From: Octopus bimaculoides
Lineage: Eukaryota
NCBI RefSeq assembly: GCF_001194135.2
Contig: NC_068982.1
Coordinates: 169,015,887-169,079,886 of the forward strand
DNA: 64,000 nucleotides
Direction of reading: 5' to 3'
The position numbers were made by a program, and so were the translations under genes. Positions 54,571 to 64,000 of this stretch are shown one piece after another (the first letter of the stretch is position 1; each line of letters begins with the position of its first letter). The notes beneath the pieces are model-generated. The model saw nothing but the letters and a program-made list of their open reading frames with translations, was not told where the DNA came from and searched no databases.

Positions 54571-57500
54571 CACAAGAAGTTCTTTCCTTTCAGAAAAAAA
54601 TAAACCAACTAAATTCAACGTGATTGCAACCTACAACTTCCTAAACGTATCTTTACAAAATTATATTTAAAACGGTATTCATTATTGAGAAAACCAGAGA
54701 AGAGGGCAATTAACTAGCTATACCATATATATTGATGGACATTTACCCCATGGGTTTCCAATTTGAAAAAATTTCGAAGATGTATTTTTAAAAATTTAAT
54801 GTAGAAGTATTCATGTACTATAAAGGTCCTTGGAAGAATCAAAGGGAGGTAATCAAAATATTAGACTTGAATGAGACATTTATTAATGGAACTCTAACGT
54901 ACATGAGTACCAGCATTAAATATCGTTATTGGATCCAGATTGGCCTACGGCTAAACTGTAATTGTTTTGAGACTAGTGGTTTTCAAAATGACATACCAGC
55001 ACTCCCCTTAAAATATTAGTGAAATATTTGCCCCTCACCCTTTTTATTAATTAGATGAAAAAATAGTTTGCATCCATAGTATAATTCTTTCTTCACTATG
55101 ATGGTGGAACAATTTTAAAAAGTTTTAAGCTGTCTTAATTTTATTAAGCTTGGCAACTTGTCTCTTAACCTCCCCTCCTCCTCCATGAGAAATACTGCAA
55201 GACGAGTCATCCAAACAGCTTCTTCATGGTCATTCAACCTGCTAGATATAGCAATCAAATCCTTTTCACATCACACCCGCCTAGCTTTAAGAAGGATATA
55301 TTGGATAATGTTATCTTAGTCACTGCTGGAAAGCTTTTGATCGTAGATCTACCAGCACAAGACTGACCCTTAATTAAACAACACCGTTAACCTAACTTTT
55401 TTTTCCTTCTTAAATTTAAGGCGAAAATCACTCAATGAAATCAAGTATACTTAAGCAATCAGAAAAGTCTGCTCTTTGCAACCATTCAATAACCAAAGAC
55501 GCTTGATCTACTTGAGATAGCAACTAAATATCCCTCAAATAGCATCCTACTATTTTAAAGCAAAGGGAGAACAAATTGGGTATTATAAATCCTAGATGCT
55601 TGTCTGAAAATAGTTGGGATGGACATGTCTTTATTTTTTTCACTTTTAGGTTCAGGCATGACTGTGTTTAAGAAGCTTACTTCCCAACTAAGTGGTTTCG
55701 GTTCCTTTTGCAGAGCACCATGGGCAAGTGTTTTCTATAACCTGGGCTGAATTAAGCTTTGTGAGTGGCATGGGTTGGATGGTTTGATTGGGGCTGGCAA
55801 GGCAGAAGACTGCACTAGGCTTCAATGTCTGTTTTGGTGGGGGTTTTACAGTTGGATGCCCTTCCTAACACATTTATTTATTGTGTGCACTTTTGTCTTG
55901 AAATTATATGATAGTAATAAGTAATAAGTGCGCATCACCATGCAAGTGATGCACATTTCCAATCTTCTGTGAAAAATGCGTGTGGTCATAGGAAAGTATT
56001 ACTTTGCTTGGAAACAGGTGAGAATTGGCTACAGGAAGAGCATTCAGCCATAGAAATTTTACCCTAACAAATTCTGTCTGATCCTTTTCAGCATGCACAA
56101 GTAGATGTTGAATTGATGATTTTACCGCCTATAAATGGAAGGGCATCACCCATGATCCTTATATTTTTTCAGAGTCTCCAACACTGGTAAAAGGTAGAGA
56201 GGAAATTACTCTCAAACCAAAGTCCAGGCCTGGCCTAAATGTGACTGCTAATTCTACTAAAGACACCCAAGGACTGGGTGGTGGGGTTAAACCAGATGTT
56301 AGATCAAGTTGTCCACCCAAAAACACAAAGAGCTGGGAAAGATATTGCAAGGGACCTAATCTGTTGCTGTACCATTTAAACCAATCTATCTGTAAAGTGG
56401 TTGGTGTTAGGAAGTGCATTCAACCATAGAAGCCAAAGCAAACTATGGAACTTGGTGTAACCCCTGACCTTCACAGTCCCTGTCAAGCTGTCCATACCAA
56501 TATGGAAAACGCATGTTAAATGATGATGATTGGAAATGGACAGCTTGCATGACAGTGGCATTGGTTTACAGCTATCACATGAAGTTAAGAAAAGGAGACA
56601 GTAGCATACACACACATACATACATTTATGCATAGTATACAATGGGCTTCCTTCAATTCCCGTCTACCAGATCCACCCACAAGGTTTTGGTCTGTCTGGA
56701 GCTATAATAGAAACACTTACCCAATGTGCCACACAGTGGGACTGAACTTGAGACTTTGAAGTTGGGAGGCAAACTTCTTATCATATGGCCATGCCTGCTC
56801 ATAATGATCCTGTCAGTTCATTGTCTGGAGCATTTTGATTATATATCTGCTTCATGGAGGCTAAACATAGAGGATAAAGCTTGTATGAAACTGATATTTA
56901 CAACCATCACATGCAAGATATGGACATGCTCTTCCCTCATCTGTTGTAGTCCAAAACTCATAACAATTTTGTAACTTTAATGATAAGATCATTCATTTTG
57001 GTGGCATCAACAGCAAAAAACTGTGAGCCAAAGGTGATGAAAATAAATTATAAGGATGTTTCATCATCGTTTAACGTCCGCTACGACAACAAAGCAAGAC
57101 TAGACATAATGGAAAATGACACAGACAGTATGTGTGTGTGTACAAACAAAGGCCTTATGACTATGAGACCGCATTAAGATATGCGTAGAAGTAATGCTAA
57201 TGGAATATAATGAACTATAGGACTTGAAAAGAAAAGAAAGGTGGAAGAATGGAAGGAAGGTAGAGAAATAAGATGAACCCAGGGCTGAAGCTAAATGCTA
57301 AGGTGAGAGCTTGAAGCAAACATGAGTGAAGAGGTCAGTGATCAAGATGGAAAGAGAAACAGGATGGTCATGTGGTATTGAAGAGAGAGTGGATACAGAA
57401 ACACTAATATATATATATATGCTCATGCAGTGTCATTTTAAAAGCACCCAGCACACACTGTAACATGGTTCACATTAGGATGGGCAAGGGCATTTAGTTG

Positions 57501-58094
57501 TAGAAGCCAAGTCAAATCAGAATAGAACCTGATGCAGCTCTCCAGCTTGCTGGCTCTGGTCAAACTGTTCAACCCATGCCAGCATGGAAAACAGACTTTA
57601 AAGGATCATGATGACAGTATATATATTTATATATACATAAAAATACCGATGAGTGGTACAACAAGGCACCAATATTTACTGGAAAATAGCAATCGATACA
57701 AATACGACACTATTGTAAAGCTTCACTGTGTATATACTAGCAAAGACGTGTGTGTGCAACAAACATGAAAAATGTGTCTTACCTCTCGTTTATTTTCACC
57801 ATCATCCTTATAATTTATTTTTGTCACCTTTCACTCACATACATACACATTCACATCCAGATATATTTATATGTATTGAATGGTCACAATGTTATGTGTG
57901 TAATTTGGGTTTCTAAATGTCCAAGATGCACTGTTTGAAAAAATTTGGCCAGTCATGGTTGGAGTGTCTTTGATCATAAGCCTGCTTGATCAGGTTTGAC
58001 CTAGGGTTAAATAACCTGTTAATGAACAAGACACAATTTGACTATCGTGAAATACATGGTGAATATCTTTTATCCCATGCCTAACCATCTTTAA

Positions 58095-58314
58095 CCCTTT
58101 AGTGTTTAAACCGGCCATATCCGGCCCAAATATTCTACATGTTTTATATTCAAAATAGCGATATCTAGCCTCTCACACCAAACCCACATTGACATTCTAA
58201 AATTAAATAATCACATCATTGAGATTTCAAAGCAATGAGATAATGCATGATTAATTCAAAACAATTTGAGTGAAAAGGCATTACATTTAACAGAGTAATC
58301 TGAACATTAAAGGG
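58095..58314. mobile_element. piggyBac-like MITE
   Basis: TTAA|CCCTTT...AAAGGG|TTAA ends; relatives near 9090, 28790, 29881. Confidence 0.75.
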
Positions 58315-59146
58315 TTAAAGAAAAAAAGATGAAGTGGTCATTGCTGGATTGTCCTTGATTATCTACTCTTTCAGGGCTGACCTGGGGCTAAAGTGCATGT
58401 TCTGTTGAGCAATCAAAATGCAGTCACTTGATGAGGTAGAAATAGCATCCAACTCTGTCAGATCACATTCTATTATTATAAATGTAAAAAGGAAGATGTA
58501 GTCTTAGATTTACTTTCTAAAAAAAGGATGGATGGCTATGAATGGAACATTTTTGACCATAGTTTTTGCATGGGTTGATCTGGACATCTAAATATCTACA
58601 AACCGATTTACTATGGGAGTAATTAGCATAAAACGTACATAGCCTAACATTTTCAATATATCAACAGGTATATCGATAGAACACATAAAATGCCTCAAAG
58701 TATTTGTTCTGGCTCTTAGTGTTGTGAGTTGAAATCCTACTGAGGTTTGCTTTACTTTTTCTCCTTTTGTGATTAACTAAAGAAAGTACCAGTCCAGGGT
58801 GAAGAATAAGTGGAATTGTAGAGTTTTTTTGGGTGGTCTGTGAAGTACTTTGTATTCAATATTCTTGGGTGGTAAACTCCATGATTTCACTTGTTTGAGG
58901 AATCAAACTATCCCATCACTTAAGCTTTATTACTGCCCAGGAGTTAAATCTTTCCTCTCTGAATGAGATTTATGGAGGAGCAAAATAGAAATTTCAGTGA
59001 TTTCTTCAGTTTAATCTTGATTGGATTTATACTAAATTTATTAGATTATGTTGTTGCTTTCATTTTGATATTGTTATGACTGTATCTTTAAAATTAAATC
59101 CATTGTTTTAATTCATTTTTTTAAAAATCTTATTTTTATTCACTAG

Positions 59147-59255
59147 TGCTTTGATAAAGAAATTCTGGGACAAGGGTAAATCTTCACAAAGCAACTTTGA
59201 AGACATGGGACTTTGTTTTGATCCTAATAAAACACTGCCTATTCCAAATGTAAAG
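59147..59255 (+). CDS. NOP16: NOP16 exon 2
   Basis: cactag acceptor, AAG|gtatgc donor; ALIKKFWDKGKSSQSNFEDMGLCFDPNKTLPIPNVK; 109 nt. Confidence 0.92.
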
Positions 59256-59616
59256 GTATGCCTGATCATCTTTTCTTTTCAAAACTTCATCAACTTCACC
59301 TTTTTGTTGCATTATTTCTGTGTTTCAGATTAAATTTGAAATTAATAAGTATTTAGAAAAATAACTTTGTCATTATTAAGCTAGTGTCTAGGACACAAAT
59401 TAGCATGAAATTGTAATGGAAAGTTTTAGGACAATTTAAGAACAGGAAGTTTGTATCATAGAACTTAGAGGAATTTTAATTCATTAGTATTAAAAGCAGT
59501 AAAGCATCTTCAATTTTATTTTTGCTTAATTACTAAAGTACTTTTTTTCTTCTTTTTATTCAGTATATTTTGTTGCTTGAATTTCCAAAATTATTGATGT
59601 GAAATTTGATTTTTAG

Positions 59617-59707
59617 GATATCATGGGTTATCGAAGCCTTGAAGCTGAAACGATGGAAGTGGATAAAACAACAAAGAAACCTCGTAGAAAAGAATTTGTT
59701 GTAAAAG
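59617..59707 (+). CDS. NOP16: NOP16 exon 3
   Basis: tttttag acceptor, AAG|gttaat donor; DIMGYRSLEAETMEVDKTTKKPRRKEFVVK; 91 nt, phases fit. Confidence 0.85.
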
Positions 59708-59739
59708 GTTAATAACTTCTTTTTGTTGTCAATTTGGAA

Positions 59740-59970
59740 GGCGGCGAGCTGGCAGAAATGTTAGCACACCGGGCGAAATACTTAGCAGTATTTCATCTGC
59801 CGTTACGTTCTGAGTTCAAATTCCGCCGAGGTCAACTTTGTCTTTCATCCTTTCGGGGTCGATAAATTAAGTACCAGTTACGCACTGGGGTCGATGTAAT
59901 CGACTTAATTCCTTTGTCTGTCCTTGTTTGTCCCCTCTATGTTTAGCCCCTTGTGGGCAATAAAGAAATA
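59740..59970 (+). mobile_element. Well-preserved tRNA-derived SINE with Deu/Nin-like core
   Basis: ggcggcgagctggcagaa head, gagttcaaattcc B-box-like motif, ctttcatcctttcggggtcgataaattaagtaccag core. Confidence 0.85.
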
Positions 59971-61442
59971 AACTTGGATAGTTTGAATATTTTGAAAGCT
60001 GACCATTCCATTATTAGTGTGATAATTCTCACTGTTTGTGTTCCACCAAATCATCATTTAGTCTTCTGCTACATATATTAGTTTAAAGATGTTAAATCAT
60101 TAAGTGTATATGGGATTGGATTACTAGCTCCTGGGTTATGAGCTAAAAATCAACTATAAATACTTTGTTCTTTTTCTGGGCAAGACATGTAGAAATATTA
60201 TTCTTAAAAGTCTATTTTTACTTAAAAATTGTGGTTTCTCTCTCATGTTTAGTTTGGTGAAACCAGAGTTAAGCATTTAGGATTTATTTGCATTCATAAA
60301 TAATTTATCAAAGTGGAATCTTATTCCTCACCATGAAAATATACAAATTCAACAGCTGAAGTAGATGATTAAACAGATGACAGCTATCTTGGCTATTCGT
60401 TGATTTCCTGAGAATGAGATCTTGACCTCGTCTGTGCTGGTGCCTTGTAAAAAGGGCATCCAGCCATAAAAACCATGTCAAAACAGACAATGAAGCATGG
60501 TGCAGTCTTCAGCCTAGCCAACTCCTGTCAAACTGTCCGACCCATGCCAGCATGGAAAGCAGACGTTAAGTAATGACGAGTATCTTGAATGCCTGTGTCA
60601 GAGTATTGATTAAGAAGTCATTACACATCCTGGTACTGGTTATGTACCTTATGCAATTAACAATACTAAAACCAACAAATATTTCACTAGTATGCTGTGT
60701 GAATTCAACTAGACTTGGTATTTCTTGGAGAAGAGGAAGATGGACTCACCAAGCTTAGTATACACCACATAATGAGTCTTTATTTAGGTCCCTACTATAA
60801 CTCAACTACACTGGATTTATTATCCACTGGTGTTTTGTAATTTTTTAAAGTCTTTAAGTTAAGTTTAATCTCAGCTACAAAAGAACAAATACTAAATGCA
60901 TTTAGTGGCTCTAAAAATGTATAAATGTTGCTAGTTGTCTTGAAGTGATGAACATAAACTGTTTGATTTAAATAAATGCATGGTTTTCGTGTTGCAGTTG
61001 TTGTCAGCATAATGATGACATATGTATAGATCTGAGTTGACCAAAAACAAATTCAGAGCTGTATTGATAATTTTAAGTGTACAATTATTAGCATCAACCC
61101 AAAATGCCTTTAAATCCTGCAGAGGTCAATTTTGCTTTTCATCCTTCTTGGGCCAATAAAGTATCAGTCAACTATTGGCGGTGATATAATCGTTGATACA
61201 TATACACGCAGGGGAGCCGCGTGCGCACGTTCATTTGTATATTAGTTTTTTTGTATGTACCAGTGTAAATAGTTGCGCTGAGTTACGTCCCTTTTATACC
61301 GAAAATGGTAAAACTTCTGTCATTTGACAAAACCAGTACTAAACTTATATATTTTTGAATAAAATCTCTTGAAGGTGGGTGTCTCACCTCCCTAAATTTC
61401 AAACCTTTGTATATGATCATTTCCTTTCTCCCTGGTTGATAG

Positions 61443-61549
61443 GTTTAGAAGAAGAAGCAAATCAAGCAGAAAAACGGCCAAAATCCATGCCAGAAGAAGA
61501 AGTCAAATACTGTGTACTAATGATGGAAAAATATGGGGAAGACTATGAA
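61443..61549 (+). CDS. NOP16: NOP16 exon 4
   Basis: gatag acceptor, GAA|gtgagt donor; (G)LEEEANQAEKRPKSMPEEEVKYCVLMMEKYGEDYE; 107 nt. Confidence 0.92.
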
Positions 61550-61780
61550 GTGAGTAAACTAGTTTATTGTCATTTCTCTCAAAATGTTAGATACTTCTGG
61601 ATTAACCAAATCTATGATTGATGATTTCAGAATAAATTCTATATTTTTATAAGATGGCAAGCTTTGTAGAACAAGTGCTACTTATTTTCTTTTAGTTAAT
61701 CGTCATTTAATGGGATTTTTTTTTTTTTGTATGTGTTCAGGTCTTTATATCTCATATTAATTTCTTTTTTTTTTTCACAG

Positions 61781-61960
61781 AAAATGGCAAGAGATTACAG
61801 GAACTATTATCAAGATACACCAAATCAAATTAAGAAAAAGATAAACAAATTTAAAAATATGGAAAAGCAATATAAAAAATATTTAGCATCAAGGAATTCA
61901 GGGAAAGCAACGATGGAAATGGACACAGCAACAAAAACAGAGCTGGAAATAGAGACATAA
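61781..61960 (+). CDS. NOP16: NOP16 exon 5 (last coding exon)
   Basis: ttttcacag acceptor; KMARDYRNYYQDTPNQIKKKI (NOP16 hallmark MARD.KNYYQ.TP); TAA at 61958-61960; spliced CDS 594 nt. Confidence 0.95.
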   Translation, partial: KMARDYRNYYQDTPNQIKKKINKFKNMEKQYKKYLASRNSGKATMEMDTATKTELEIET

Positions 61961-61982
61961 GCTCAATCTTAAATGATGTACA

Positions 61983-61988
61983 AATAAA
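61983..61988 (+). terminator. Candidate NOP16 polyadenylation signal AATAAA
   Basis: 22 nt after the stop codon, followed by T-rich sequence. Confidence 0.5.
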
Positions 61989-62899
61989 AAAAATAATAAT
62001 TAGTTTTATTTATTATATTCTTTTTTGCTAATTTCAATCATTGGCTGTGGTTATGCTGGAGCACCAGTTATAAAGAATTTTATTTGATCTTGGTTGTGTG
62101 GTTAAGAAGCTTGCTTCCCAATGATGTGGTTCCAGGTTCGGTCACACTTTTGGGCGAGTACCTTATATATCCCAGGTTAACTATAACATTTCTGAGTAGA
62201 TTTACTAATAGAAACTGAAAGCTCATTGTGTGTATAAATATATCAACATCATCATTTAATGTCTGCTTTCAATGCTGGCTACAGTTGGTTCAACAGGAGC
62301 TGGCAAGCCAGGGGACTGCACTCAGGCTTTACTGTGTTTTTAGATGGTTTTTATAGTTGGATGCCCTTCTTAATGCCAACCACCTACCAAAGTGGACTGG
62401 GTGCTTTTTACATGGCACTGGCAAGGTCTATATGTAGTATGCCTATTTATACATTATATTTACAAAAATACTTTTTCAGTCTTGAGACTTTTCTAAGTGT
62501 TTATGATTGACTATAAAATCTTTCAGAGATTTGTTCTATTGCATGATGTCTTGGACAAGTGTCTTCTATGGCCCTGTTCCAGAAGAAGCCTGTTGTGTGT
62601 GTGTGGTTGGATGTGAGTGATTTTGCATTTCCTTATTTACATGTGTTCATTTGCAGATTGTAAACTGTAGCTTTTGCTAGTGATGTTACTTGCAGTCCAT
62701 CATTAAAGTACAACTGGGCTTCTTGATTTTGTTTGGTATTTGTAAATGAAAGGCTCATTCATCTGGTGGTGTTTCTGGTTCTCTATGTAAACATGTCTGG
62801 GCTGTTTGTTGATTGATAGACTAGGAGCTTGTTACCTCACTTGGTAATTTGGGTTGGCAAAGATGCATCAAGTTGATAGATCAAATTGAAGCAGTGAGA

Positions 62900-63770
62900 A
62901 AGAGTTAATACACAATGAGGTTTAATGACATTCTCTTAGCTAAGATCAATAATTATTTCTCTTAGAGCAAGCCACTCTGTCTTGCATTTTTTGACTGGGA
63001 AAAGGATTTTGATATGATAACCTTGCTCTGTAGACTCATAGCTGCTAAGAAAACTGTAAGCCATAAAGAAGGGTGTTGTCAGCTAAGTGGCAGTTAATCA
63101 GCCATGACTGTTCAGTCTTGTTTTTAGAGTTTATTGAAAACTACATTGATGTATTCTGCCTCACTTTGTACAGTAGGGGGAGATTTGGATACTTTTTCTT
63201 GTAGGTTAAGCAACCACTCAGAGGCTTCCCTATTTAGCTTGTGCATGTAGTTTGGAATCAATGTTTGGTTCTCAGGCCCTCTCTTATCCATGAGAATTCG
63301 TCTATGCCAACAACTTAGTTGTCATAGTTAAAGAATCGAAGGAAATGCTTCAAAGATGGCACCAAGATTGAGAATCAAGAGGCTTAAAGTCAACCAAGCA
63401 GAGTTGAAAGTTTTAATTAGTAAGAAAGAAAACTTGACTACCGTCTGGGTGGTTGTCTTGCTTACTATGTTGAAAATGAGTCAGTAAGAAATGGATACTG
63501 TGTACTCAATGCAACCTACAGTAGTGTGATACTAGCAAGTCGATAGGACTTCATATGATCAGCTGTGGAGGTGATTGCATTCAGAGGGGTTTAAAAAAGT
63601 TCAGGTAACTATTCTGCTGACAATAAAGGTTGCTTCTCACTGAGTGAAGGGCATCAAAGGTCCCAGTCATGCATCATCACTTCCTTAAGACCCAACAAGC
63701 TGGATAGAAATGAGGCGAGTATAATGTATGACAGCAGAGTGAGGTGAGCCAAGAGGGAAAAAATGGGCAT
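62900..63770 (+). mobile_element. Old, heavily decayed LINE RT fragment
   Basis: FDWEKDFD (~62990) and a GSVLSPLL-like remnant (~63268); many stops. Confidence 0.45.
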
Positions 63771-63817
63771 CAACAAAATTGGCCATAGAGTTGACTACAA
63801 CAATACAGATATGTGAT

Positions 63818-64000
63818 TCATCATCATCGTTTAACGTCCGCTTTCCATGCTAGCATGGGTTGGACGATTTGACTGAGGACTGGTGAAACCGGATGGCAAC
63901 ACCAGGCTCCAGTCTGATTTGGCAGAGTTTCTACAGCTGGATGCCCTTCCTAACGCCAACCACTCAGAGAGTGTAGTGGGTGCTTTTACGTGTCACCCGC
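63818..64000 (-). mobile_element. Young RTE 3'-tail copy, runs off the window end
   Basis: Reverse complement of 8863-9045 with 2 mismatches. Confidence 0.85.

Overview
AT-rich, repeat-dense animal DNA; the SINE and RTE repeat complement looks octopod (inference). It has four N gaps, three of them beside (AT)n runs. Two divergent genes were reconstructed by hand with GT-AG junctions and consistent phases. DHX15/Prp43 is on the minus strand: 11 coding exons from ATG 42741 down to 1532, with the 3' end beyond the left edge. NOP16 is on the plus strand: 5 exons, 53547-61960, 197 aa, complete. The introns and the 10.8 kb intergenic gap hold two mariner copies, RTE LINE pieces, two Penelope-like remnants, a Gypsy remnant, tRNA-derived SINEs and several MITEs. 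Best leads: (1) a GC-rich element upstream of DHX15 exon 10 with an in-frame upstream 3' splice site that adds a premature stop, i.e. candidate NMD-coupled autoregulation; (2) a GG-ended foldback element with TTAGGG repeats and a spacer present in both orientations, in NOP16 intron 1; (3) a Penelope GIY-YIG domain split by a 170-aa in-frame Ser/Asn insert. All calls are manual; transposon boundaries are approximate.
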